Shown here: in pieces, positions 8,525 through 17,643 of the stretch
Layout: the number at the start of each line of letters is the position of its first letter
Position numbering within the stretch: position 1 is the first letter of the stretch
Origin: an uncultured cyanobacterium
Lineage (GTDB): Bacteria > Cyanobacteriota > Cyanobacteriia > Leptolyngbyales > Leptolyngbyaceae
Direction: 5' to 3'
Length of the DNA stretch: 34,354 bases
Assembly (NCBI GenBank): GCA_963766075.1
Contig: CAVYAN010000121.1
Coordinates: 1-34,354, forward strand
The notes under the pieces: model-generated
The model's input: the letters and a program-made list of their open reading frames with translations, nothing else
Database searches by the model: none
What the model was told of the DNA's origin: nothing
Position numbers and translations under genes: made by a program

Positions 8525-9457
8525 ATGGGCAACGCAATGGACAACTCAGCGTCTCTAGAACGGATTGGTTTCATCGGACTGGGCATTATGGGCAAACCCA
8601 TGGTGCGCAACTTACTGAACGCAGGCTATGCCGTAGCCGTCTACAATCGCAGTCTTGGCCCCACGGCAGAACTGGCCCAAGCGGGGGCCACCGTGGCGAT
8701 TTCGCCCCAAGCCGTGGCTGCCCAGTCCGATGTGGTGATCACCTGTGTTTCGGATTCACCGGACGTGGAAGCGATCGTTCTGGGAGAACATGGCATTCTC
8801 CACGGTGCCCGAGCTGGCATGCTCTATATCGACATGTCTACGATCGCTCCGGCGATCGCGCGCACCCTGTACGAGACTCTCCAGGCCAAAGGGATAGAAG
8901 CGTTGGACGCTCCCGTTTCTGGCGGCGACATTGGGGCGCAGCAGGGCACGCTGTCGATTATGGTCGGTGGCAATACCGCAGCATTTGAGCGGGCCTTGCC
9001 AATTTTTCAGATCCTGGGCAAAAATATCATCCACATGGGTGCGGCGGGGGCGGGACAGGTGACCAAAGCCTGCAATCAGATCGTCGTGGCGCTGACGGTG
9101 CAAGCCGTGGCCGAAGCGCTCACCCTGGCTAAAAAGTCCGGTGTTGATCCCGCCAAAGTGCGCTCAGCCTTGCTCGGTGGCTTTGCCCAAAGCAAAGTCT
9201 TAGAGGTTCATGGTCAAAAAATGCTCGACGGCAATTTTCAACCGGGCTTCAAACTCGACCTATTTCGCAAGGATATGAATATCGTGCTACAAACGGGGCG
9301 AGATTTGCCGTTGCCCTTGGGGGGCAGCAGTCAGGTCACGGTACTCATGGATGCTTTATTGGCCCAGGGCTATGGTCACTTGGATTTTAGCGCTGTCCTC
9401 AACTTATATGAAATGGTCGGGGGTTTGGTCGATTCCGAATCGATTCCACTCGCATAG
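8525..9457 (+). CDS. 2-hydroxy-3-oxopropionate (tartronate semialdehyde) reductase / beta-hydroxyacid dehydrogenase family
   Basis: IGFIGLGIMG, DAPVSGGDIGA, catalytic Lys in GQVTKACNQ, and FQPGFK...KD. Start may be 8537. Confidence 0.88.
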   Translation: MGNAMDNSASLERIGFIGLGIMGKPMVRNLLNAGYAVAVYNRSLGPTAELAQAGATVAISPQAVAAQSDVVITCVSDSPDVEAIVLGEHGILHGARAGMLYIDMSTIAPAIARTLYETLQAKGIEALDAPVSGGDIGAQQGTLSIMVGGNTAAFERALPIFQILGKNIIHMGAAGAGQVTKACNQIVVALTVQAVAEALTLAKKSGVDPAKVRSALLGGFAQSKVLEVHGQKMLDGNFQPGFKLDLFRKDMNIVLQTGRDLPLPLGGSSQVTVLMDALLAQGYGHLDFSAVLNLYEMVGGLVDSESIPLA

Positions 9458-9470
9458 CCCGATCGCTAGC

Positions 9471-10358
9471 CTATGCCCCCGCCAGCAGTGCTGCATAGGG
9501 AGTCTCGTGCAGGTGGGCTTTGCCAATCGAGCCAAACAATTCCAATTTTTCTGTAACCACGGCCTGCATCGCGGCGATCGCTGCTCCCGTCACATCCAGC
9601 AAATCCTGGGGTGGTTGGCCACAGATTTCAGCCTGCAGCACCTGCATGTATGCCTGCCGCACCTCTGTATTCACGTTAAATTTGCACACGCCCAAGCGAA
9701 TCGATTGACTAATCATTTCATTGGGTAACCCCGAAGCCCCATGCAACACCAGGGGGATATCAATCAACTGCCGAATCCGGGCCAAGCGGGGAAAATCTAA
9801 TCGCGGCGGACTCTTATACTCCCCATGTACATTACCAATGGTTACAGCTAACGCATCCACCTGGGTTGCCCGCACGAACTCCACCGCCTGATCGGGATCG
9901 GTCATTTTTGCTTCCTTTTCGGCGATGGTTAACCCATCCTCAGTGCCGCTAATGCGGCCAATTTCCGCCTCAACGATCCCGCCATAGCCATGGGTCAACC
10001 GTGTCATCTCCCGCGTAAAGGTCAAGTTCTGGGCATAGGGCAGCGGTGAACCATCGGCCATAATCGATCGCACCCCAGCCGCCAGCGTAGTGCGAATATC
10101 CTGGGCGGACGTGCTGTGGTCCAGGTGGACAGCGATCGGTACAGTGGCTGTGGCAGCAGCTTCGAGACAGAGCGCAATCAGGGGCGATCGGCCATATTTC
10201 AACGCACTCGGATGCAGTTGCAGCATGGCCGGACTGCGCCCCGCCTCCGCTGCATTGACCACCGCCTTGACCCCTTCCAGGTTGTAGACATTAAAGGCTC
10301 CGATCGCGTACACATGTCGCCGTGCGGTTTCGAGTAATTCCTGCGTAGAACTTAGCAT
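9471..10358 (-). CDS. Class II (metal-dependent) ketose-bisphosphate aldolase, tagatose/fructose-bisphosphate aldolase family
   Basis: AIGAFNVYNLE, VHLDH, VEAEIG, IGNVHG, LVLHGASG and KFNVNTE. ATG at 10358 follows a GGAG RBS. Confidence 0.9.
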   Translation of the reverse strand: MLSSTQELLETARRHVYAIGAFNVYNLEGVKAVVNAAEAGRSPAMLQLHPSALKYGRSPLIALCLEAAATATVPIAVHLDHSTSAQDIRTTLAAGVRSIMADGSPLPYAQNLTFTREMTRLTHGYGGIVEAEIGRISGTEDGLTIAEKEAKMTDPDQAVEFVRATQVDALAVTIGNVHGEYKSPPRLDFPRLARIRQLIDIPLVLHGASGLPNEMISQSIRLGVCKFNVNTEVRQAYMQVLQAEICGQPPQDLLDVTGAAIAAMQAVVTEKLELFGSIGKAHLHETPYAALLAGA

Positions 10359-10480
10359 GGACGCTCCAAAAGGATCGGGTACGGGGTGGCCTCCCAAATT
10401 CTCCCCCATTCCCCGCCTCTGTCCCAAGAACGTTATGATACGAATAAGTTAAGTTGTGTAAAGAATCACCTGAGAAATCC

Positions 10481-11125
10481 TTGACTACAACCTTACCGCC
10501 CCTCGAATTAGCACCGCAGCAGGCCGCTTGGTTTGCCCTTCAACCCCTCTGGCAGGGGGATGAAGCTGTTGTCCAGCGCGGCTTGCCCCACAGCCAACTA
10601 GCCCCGTCCTGGCAACTGCTCCTGCTGGGCGATGGCTCGCCAACGCGGCACCTGCACCTACTCACGGGGGAACCCACAGAAGTAGACGTGATTGATATGT
10701 CACCCGTAGGCATGGATTTGGACCATGCTCCGGCACAATTACAAGTGTTACCAGGACCACGGGTGCGGCGTCAGGTGTGGCTGCGGACCGCATCGGGGCA
10801 GCGGTTGGCCTATGCCACCTCTTGGTGGGAGGCTAGCCATGTGGATGAATATTTGCAGAATCGGTCGATTCCCATTTGGGCCAGTCTAGCCCACCTTCGC
10901 ACGGAACTCTATCGGGATGTCCAAGGGCTCTATTATGGCCATTCTTCCGAGTTGGAAGCGGCCTTTGGTCAACCGGGTCCGTTCTGGGGCCGACACTATC
11001 TGTTTTGGCATCACGGCCAGCCCTTTACGCTGATCTATGAGGTATTTTCGCCGTATCTGGCCCGATACTTAGGCCCGATGCAGAATGATACGCCCTACCA
11101 GACGCCTTTGGGAAGGATAGGATGA
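10481..11125 (+). CDS. Chorismate pyruvate-lyase (Ycf21/DUF98, cyanobacterial UbiC-like)
   Basis: WQLLLLGDGSPTRHL, RRQVWL, LAYATSWW, WGRHYLF and IYEVFSP. The TTG start at 10481 is inferred (ORF is open from 10454). Confidence 0.85.
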   Translation: MTTTLPPLELAPQQAAWFALQPLWQGDEAVVQRGLPHSQLAPSWQLLLLGDGSPTRHLHLLTGEPTEVDVIDMSPVGMDLDHAPAQLQVLPGPRVRRQVWLRTASGQRLAYATSWWEASHVDEYLQNRSIPIWASLAHLRTELYRDVQGLYYGHSSELEAAFGQPGPFWGRHYLFWHHGQPFTLIYEVFSPYLARYLGPMQNDTPYQTPLGRIG

Positions 11126-11231
11126 GGTTAGTGAGGCATCAACTGCTGGATTCCCAGACTTCTGGGTTATCCTGAGCATTAGGGATGAGCTAAGTAAGCT
11201 CATTACAAACTTTAAAAACGGAGAAACTATT

Positions 11232-11708
11232 ATGACTTGGCGCGGATCCGTCACCCCTCAAGATCGGCTGTTTGCGTGCTTGGTCTATTTGTTGCCCATT
11301 TTGGATGCATTGCCTTTTGGCCTGAGCTTCATGAGCGATTTTCTAGGGATTAACCCGATGGCGGTCTTGCAACTGCCGCTAGTAGGGCTTTATTACGCCC
11401 CCTTTGTGCCATTCATCGTGTTTCTAGTCTTATTCATGTTAGTGGTACAAAACACAAATATTTCGCATTTCATCCGGTTCAACACCATGCAAGCGATCTT
11501 GATCAGTATTGTGCTGAGCCTTTTTGGGATTATTTGGCAATACGTCCTCAGCAGCATTCTGGGAAATACCATCCTCGCTACCACGCTGTTTAATACGGTG
11601 TTCCTGGGAACTCTCGTAGCTGTCGGTTACTCCGTGGTCCAGTCTGCCTTAGGGCGCTATGCCGAAATTCCGACTCTTTCCGACGCCGTTTATATGCGAG
11701 TTCGGTAG
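11232..11708 (+). CDS. Tic20/Ycf60 family membrane protein
   Basis: MTWRGS...DRLFACLVYLLP, ISHFIRFNTMQAIL and GRYAEIPTLSDAV, with four hydrophobic segments. Confidence 0.9.
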   Translation: MTWRGSVTPQDRLFACLVYLLPILDALPFGLSFMSDFLGINPMAVLQLPLVGLYYAPFVPFIVFLVLFMLVVQNTNISHFIRFNTMQAILISIVLSLFGIIWQYVLSSILGNTILATTLFNTVFLGTLVAVGYSVVQSALGRYAEIPTLSDAVYMRVR

Positions 11709-11744
11709 GCTAAGGCCTACAGTTGAGTTCTTGTGAGTTGGCTT

Positions 11745-12521
11745 TTACAGTTTGGCAACGATCGCATTTTCCAAAAAGCCAATCCCTTCGATCTCGACGC
11801 GCACCTGATCGCCCACCTGCATGGGGCCGATGCCTTCTGGAGTCCCCGTGAGTACCACGTCCCCCGGCAGTAGGGTGATTGCCTGACTGATGTAGGACAC
11901 AATAAACTCTGGCGAAAACACCATCTGATCAATGCAGGCCGATTGCCTTGGTGTGGCTTCATCATTCAAAAAGGTCTGCACTCGAGCTGCCGGACTAATT
12001 TCCCGCACGATCCATGGGCCAAGGGGACAAAAGGTGTCAAAGCCCTTGGCGCGGGTCCATTGCCCATCTTTTTTCTGTAAATCCCGCGCTGTGACATCAT
12101 TGGCGATGGTGTAGCCCCAGATTTTTCCTTGAGCTTGGTCGGGGGTACAGTTGGTGCAGCGATCGCCAATCACCAGCGCCAGTTCGCCCTCATAATCAAC
12201 GCGAGCAGATTGGCGTGGGTAGTAAATCTGACTGCCTGAGGCAATGACTGCCGTAGAAGGCTTCATAAACAGCAACGGTTCCGCGGGCACTGGCGTACCC
12301 ATTTCGGCGGCATGGTCTGCATAGTTCTTCCCCACAGCCACAATTTTGGACGGTGCACAGGGAGCCAACAGCCGGTAGCCCTCAGGCAGCAGTTCCATCC
12401 CCGTGGGCTGTCCCTGCATCCAAGGCGGGGCATCTAGCACCTGTACCCCCCGACTCAGTTGCAACAGACCGTAATAAATGTGTCCATCCTTTGATTGAAC
12501 GCGGACATAGCGTTGTGCCAT
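11745..12521 (-). CDS. Fumarylacetoacetate hydrolase family protein
   Basis: KIVAVGKNYADH, FMKP, VDYEGEL, NDVTARD, AKGFDTFCPLGP and LTGTPEG. ATG at 12521 follows GGAGG-free but in-frame MAQRYVRV start typical of cyanobacterial members. Confidence 0.92.
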   Translation of the reverse strand: MAQRYVRVQSKDGHIYYGLLQLSRGVQVLDAPPWMQGQPTGMELLPEGYRLLAPCAPSKIVAVGKNYADHAAEMGTPVPAEPLLFMKPSTAVIASGSQIYYPRQSARVDYEGELALVIGDRCTNCTPDQAQGKIWGYTIANDVTARDLQKKDGQWTRAKGFDTFCPLGPWIVREISPAARVQTFLNDEATPRQSACIDQMVFSPEFIVSYISQAITLLPGDVVLTGTPEGIGPMQVGDQVRVEIEGIGFLENAIVAKL

Positions 12522-12847
12522 AGCGAATATCTGGAGGTATAGAGCAGGACATGGAAGCGTAAATGACAGGGTGCGCTGGGGGCACCGTTGAGTGGCCACC
12601 GGAGAGCAATCAAAGCAATCAAACGAAGGCCCGATCAGGAGCGCATCACATTCTAATTCTTTGCTAGATTTGCACTGTCAAACAGTTTATGCAAGGGGGC
12701 TAGATTCCGCCCAAAACAGGGTAGGATAGTAAATCCTTGCTTCTAGAAAGTCCAAAGTGATTCAGGTGTGCTCGGCACTCGCCGATTTCCACTTCGTTGC
12801 TGCCAACTTTTGCTTTGAAGCCACTTAGTCCATAAGGAGATCCGACA

Positions 12848-13156
12848 ATGACCCTTTACGAAACGATGTATATCCTGCGCCCCGACCTGGGAGACGATGC
12901 TGTGGATGCCGCCATCAGCAAGTATCAAACCATCCTGCGGGATGGCGGGGCAGAAATTTTAGAAACCCAGCATCGGGGCAAGCGCCGTTTGGCCTACGAC
13001 ATCAAGAAACACCGCGAAGGCATCTACATTCAGATGAACTATCGATCGCCCGGTGCCCAAATTGCCGTCATGGAGCGCGCAATGCGTCTGAGCGATGAGG
13101 TGATTCGGTTTTTGACTGTGACGCAAACAGAGCCGAAAGTGGTCGCTGAAGCCTAG
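12848..13156 (+). CDS. rpsF: 30S ribosomal protein S6
   Basis: [21 protein letters not shown] and [10 protein letters not shown], with an AAGGAG RBS upstream. Confidence 0.98.
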   Translation: MTLYETMYILRPDLGDDAVDAAISKYQTILRDGGAEILETQHRGKRRLAYDIKKHREGIYIQMNYRSPGAQIAVMERAMRLSDEVIRFLTVTQTEPKVVAEA

Positions 13157-13232
13157 AAAATTTGAAATTTTGGATTGCTTTCTAGGGGGGGGACGTGGAA
13201 AATGTACGGGAGTACTGGTTTTCTACGTCCCC
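13152..13232. terminator. Two consecutive hairpins downstream of rpsF
   Basis: cctagaaa...tttctagg (13152-13186) and ggggacgtggaaaa...ttttctacgtcccc (13189-13232). Confidence 0.45.
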
Positions 13233-13255
13233 TGTGGTTTGACTGGACATAATTT

Positions 13256-14278
13256 ATGAAGCTCTCGAAGAAAAACTTGGCCGATCGCCAGGATCATGTT
13301 TACGATGCGATCGTGGTGGGTGGTGGTGCGGGTGGCCTGTCGGCGGGAATTTATCTCCAGCGCTATCTGTTGTCTACCTTGGTGGTAGAAAAGGGCCGGG
13401 GGAGATCGTTCTGGATGCAGGATTTGCGGAACTATCTGGGCCTGCCGCCCACCACGCCGGGACGGGACTTACTGAAACAGGGCCAAGACCATTTTCTTTC
13501 CCTGGATGGCGATTACCTCAATGCCTACGTCATCGACGTTGAGGATGAGGGAGATACCTTCGCCGTCACGATCAAGGTGGGCAAAAAAGACAGCCTCTTC
13601 ACCACAATTCGCTGTAAGTATCTGGTGGCTGCCAGTGGGATTATCGACCATCTGCCGCAATTGGAAAACATGCAAAACGTGTTTGACTACGCGGGGTATA
13701 ACCTGCATGTCTGCATGATTTGCGACGGCTATGAAATGGCAAACCGCCAGTGTGGGCTATTTGTGGACCGCGAAGGCGCAATCAATACGGCGTTTGTGCT
13801 CAACTGGTTTACGCCCTACATTACCGTCTTTACCCAAGGGCTGTGCGAAGTCAGCCCCGAACTGCGCCAAAAGCTCAAGGAGCACGGCTACCCGCTGATT
13901 GAAGCCCCAATCAAGCAATTCTTAGGCCACAATCACGAAATGACTGGCGTGGAGCTAACCGATGGCACCACGGTTGATCTCGATACAGGCTTGATTGCCA
14001 TGGGATCCCGCTATTTTAGTGATTATCTACAAGGGCTAGATTTGACCTGGAACGGCGGCAATTTGGTCACGGATGGGATGTGTCGCACCTCGCACCCACG
14101 CATTTTTGCCCTGGGTGATCTCAAGGAAGGTATCAATCAAATTGCCATTGCTGTGGCCGATGGCACGCTGGCGGCTACCGCAATTTGGCGTGAGATTCGG
14201 CGGGCATCACCGCCCCGACTCTGGACAGAGCATTTGCCAACAGAGATTTCATCTTTTGATTCGGGATCTTCTGACTAG
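13256..14278 (+). CDS. FAD-dependent thioredoxin-reductase-like disulfide oxidoreductase
   Basis: VVGGGAGGLSAG FAD motif, redox CMICDG, TSHPRIFALGD and QIAIAVADG. Confidence 0.85.
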   Translation: MKLSKKNLADRQDHVYDAIVVGGGAGGLSAGIYLQRYLLSTLVVEKGRGRSFWMQDLRNYLGLPPTTPGRDLLKQGQDHFLSLDGDYLNAYVIDVEDEGDTFAVTIKVGKKDSLFTTIRCKYLVAASGIIDHLPQLENMQNVFDYAGYNLHVCMICDGYEMANRQCGLFVDREGAINTAFVLNWFTPYITVFTQGLCEVSPELRQKLKEHGYPLIEAPIKQFLGHNHEMTGVELTDGTTVDLDTGLIAMGSRYFSDYLQGLDLTWNGGNLVTDGMCRTSHPRIFALGDLKEGINQIAIAVADGTLAATAIWREIRRASPPRLWTEHLPTEISSFDSGSSD

Positions 14279-14305
14279 GAATCTTTTGGCTTGATCCCCC
14301 GGTCT

Positions 14306-15103
14306 TTAAACAAAAATGCCATCGGCCTCGGTGCCGAAAATAAGGTCATAGTCAAAAATTAAGGACTGCGGGTGGCGGATGATAGAGAAGCCAAAGCCCG
14401 TGGTAACTTCGGTGGTGAAGGTGGCGATCGCCAAAGCCACTAATTTTTTATCGCCAATCATTGGACGCTGCACAAAGTAATCCCGGCGGGCAAAAAATTT
14501 GTCTGCATCTCGGGGCACGACGATTTGGTTAATTTGATGGGTGTGCTGGATTGGCTTGATGTAAGTATTGAGGAATTCGTCCTGGTTGCGCTGCAAGCGG
14601 TAGAATCTCTCGTGCTCATACCAACTCATTTGAAACATCATCTTGATCAGTTCAAAGCCCAAAATGTAGTTGAACACACTGTTACGCTCCTCTGTGCTCA
14701 TGACCAGTTTCAGCGCGGATTCCAGATACAAATCGGGCTGGCGGCGGGTGTCCTGAGCAGAATGAATGTAGAACTGCTTGATGTAGCTGCGCAGCCGTTT
14801 GGCGTCCAGTTCGGGAGCCAAGCGGAATTCTTCCAGGTACTTCTTGACCGTCCCCTGGGTGTCGCAATCGCTCAATACTTTCGTAACAATGCCATCCGCC
14901 GTATAGTCGTCCAAAAACTCCGCCCGCATGTCCGGGGCCGCCGCACACATCAAATGGCATAGCGACAGCACGTAGCGGCGCTCGTTCCATTGCAGGCCCT
15001 CGGCCCACTGGCGGACTTCGGGGGGCAGGGAAGCCAGAATATTGTCGGATGCGGTGGAAATTCCGGCACTATCGTCACGGGTTGGCGGCATGGGCTGATT
15101 CAT
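14306..15103 (-). CDS. Conserved cyanobacterial hypothetical protein
   Basis: Long ORF with natural, helical composition (RRYVLSLCH, IKQFYIHSAQD, FFARRDYFVQRP). Start at ATG 15103 is inferred. No function recognised. Confidence 0.7.
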   Translation of the reverse strand: MNQPMPPTRDDSAGISTASDNILASLPPEVRQWAEGLQWNERRYVLSLCHLMCAAAPDMRAEFLDDYTADGIVTKVLSDCDTQGTVKKYLEEFRLAPELDAKRLRSYIKQFYIHSAQDTRRQPDLYLESALKLVMSTEERNSVFNYILGFELIKMMFQMSWYEHERFYRLQRNQDEFLNTYIKPIQHTHQINQIVVPRDADKFFARRDYFVQRPMIGDKKLVALAIATFTTEVTTGFGFSIIRHPQSLIFDYDLIFGTEADGIFV

Positions 15104-15370
15104 GGGGAGGGTTCTCACTCCGAGACTGGCGTGGCCCCATGGCGCAGGGGATCGCAAAACCAATAAATTCCAGTGAGATGCATGGCTCTATCGTTCCCAT
15201 CGGGTGCCCCTCCGGCTCTACGGCGCAACGAATAGACCGATTTAAACATCAAAGATTTAATTGAAATATTCCTTAAATATATTTAAGCCAGACGCAGATA
15301 TTTTCTGGAACGGTTTGCGCTTTAGAATGGCAAACTAGCTGGAACCCCTGCGCCTTTTCTGTCGTGATCT

Positions 15371-16315
15371 ATGACCTCTTTCCCTGATCCCTTGGCTTTC
15401 CCTGCTCCATCGGCGATGCTGCCCCAGGTTTTGGGGATCGATCTCGGAGGCACGGCCATTAAGCTGGGGCGGTTTGACGCAAACTTGCGCTGTTTGCAAG
15501 CGTTAACCGTGCCGACACCCCAACCGGCCACCCCGGTTGCCGTTGTGGAGGCGATCGCGGCAGCCATTGTGCATCTCGATCCCGACCACCAGACCCAAGC
15601 GATTGGCATTGGTACTCCCGGCCCCACGGACATTACCGCGCGGATTGCCCGCATTGCCATTAACCTAGTGGGCTGGCAGGATGTCCCCCTAGCCAATTGG
15701 CTAGAGGCTAAGACGGGCCGACCCACCACTGTGGAGAATGATGCTAACTGTGCTGGGCTGGCTGAATCGTTGATTGGGGCGGGCCAGGGCTATCGCAATT
15801 TGATCTTGTTGACCTTGGGGACCGGCGTGGGGGGGGCAATTATTCTGGATGGTCGGTTATTTGTGGGTCATCAGGGGGCAGCGGGGGAACTGGGGCTGAT
15901 TACCTTGAATCCAGAGGGGCCGGACTGCAACAGCGGCAATCGGGGATCCTTGGAGCAATTTACTTCGGTGCTAGCAATCCAACGCCAGACGGGATGCAGT
16001 CCAGAGGAACTGGGAAAGCGGGCGATCGCGGGCGATCCCCAGGCGTTGGCATTTTGGCAGCAGTACGGGCGCAATCTGGGTGCAGGCTTAGCGAGCTTGG
16101 TCTATGTGCTGACGCCTGAAGCCATTGTTCTAGGGGGTGGAGTGAGCGCTAGTGCGGATTTCTTTTTTCCCAGCTTGCAGGCAGAACTGGAGCGGCGGGT
16201 GCTGCCACCGTCGAGAACTGGGCTGCAACTCCTGAAAGCCAAGCTGGGCAACCAGGCCGGCATGGTGGGAGCGGCTCATTTAGCCTGGAGCAAGGTGCTC
16301 AAGACGGATCCATAG
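15371..16315 (+). CDS. ROK-family sugar kinase (glucokinase-like)
   Basis: GIDLGGT, VENDANCAGLAE, LTLGTGVGG, GELG and CNSGNRGSLE. Confidence 0.93.
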   Translation: MTSFPDPLAFPAPSAMLPQVLGIDLGGTAIKLGRFDANLRCLQALTVPTPQPATPVAVVEAIAAAIVHLDPDHQTQAIGIGTPGPTDITARIARIAINLVGWQDVPLANWLEAKTGRPTTVENDANCAGLAESLIGAGQGYRNLILLTLGTGVGGAIILDGRLFVGHQGAAGELGLITLNPEGPDCNSGNRGSLEQFTSVLAIQRQTGCSPEELGKRAIAGDPQALAFWQQYGRNLGAGLASLVYVLTPEAIVLGGGVSASADFFFPSLQAELERRVLPPSRTGLQLLKAKLGNQAGMVGAAHLAWSKVLKTDP

Positions 16316-16362
16316 TCGTAGGGACGTAGGGACGAGAACAGTGGCAAGGGAGGGGCGATCGT

Positions 16363-17603
16363 CTAGAGTGGTGGTTCAGACGCAGCGTTGCGGAACGAGA
16401 GTTGCTGGTTGCTTAAGCCGGGACGGGGAGATAATTGCCGAGGCACCGTGACCGGATAGACCGTCTTAGAGACGGAAACCGTGGGCAATTGATTCGGCGC
16501 TAAGGGCTGAGCCATAAACCGCGGATTACCCAGGGTTACTCCGGAGGTCAGCCCAGGAGCAGTCAGGCTAGGGCGGGCTTTGGCATCCGCGCTGCCGGTT
16601 AAACCGACATTGAAACTGCCCAGCGTCGTCCCTGCCGCTCCGATTTGCAGCGCACTCATAAATCGGGCCAGGGAATATTCCAGCTCTGTGCCGGGATCTA
16701 GAGCCAGCCAGCCCTCAGACGTTAATTGATGAAACTCAAAGTGCAGGTGGGGTCCTGTGGAGTTGCCAGTACTGCCCACACGGCCAATCACTTCCCCCTG
16801 CTTCACCACTTCTCCCGGCTTGACGAAAATTTCTGACAGGTGTCCGTAGAGGGTTTGTTGCGTGCCCTGGTTGTGGTCGAGGGTGACGCTGAGGCCGTAG
16901 CCGCCCAGGAAGTCGGCGATCGCTACCCGCCCCGCATAAGCTGCTAGCACGGGAGTGCCCATGGGTGCACCCAAGTCTGTTCCCGAGTGGAAGCGTTGGT
17001 CACCGGAAATCGGATGAATCCGCCAGCCAAAGGCAGACGTAATCGGAGCGGGGATCGCCAGGGGAAAGATCAGGCGCAGATTCCCATTACCGATTCTGCC
17101 GGGGGGCCGTAGCGTGCGGTTGTAAAAATACTGGACGTTGGGTGGGGCGGCAAAGTAAGCCTGCCCTGAGGCGGTGGTTTGGCCAACGCTGAGGCCATCG
17201 CCGCCAGTCAGTAAACCGGGCAGGCGAATGGACTGAGAGGACAGGGCCGTGGGGCGATCGCCACTGCGCTCCGTCGCTCCCACGGTGTAATGGGTGGTAT
17301 CAATGAAGGATTCATTCGGGGCAACGGACGGTGCGGCCTGTGTCAACCCGGCATCGGGGGACGTTGGGAGTGCGTCCGGTGCCAAGGTCATCGTGTCCGG
17401 GACCGTATCGACTGGCAGCGCGGCGGCTGGGGGAGTACTAGTTGATGGAACATTTCCCTCCAGTTCGGCGGGACCAGCGGTCTGGGCCACAACGGCTGTC
17501 CCCCCAACAGTCCCACTAAACTTACTAGGGCAACACTTTGCCGAAGCAATAACCAGGACATCGGGGAGGATGACGGCAAAGGACCATTTACATTTGGATT
17601 CAT
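16363..17603 (-). CDS. Secreted M23-family metallopeptidase with an apparent frameshift near the 5' end
   Basis: ITSAFGWRIHP, HSGTD, YGHLS and GSTGNSTGPHLHFE lie in ORF 16363-17490. A signal-peptide-like N-terminus lies in another frame (from 17603) and joins at the G6 run 17500-17505. Confidence 0.85.
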
Positions 17604-17643
17604 CGATTCATCCTCAACGGGACAGGGATAGGGGCAGGAAAAC

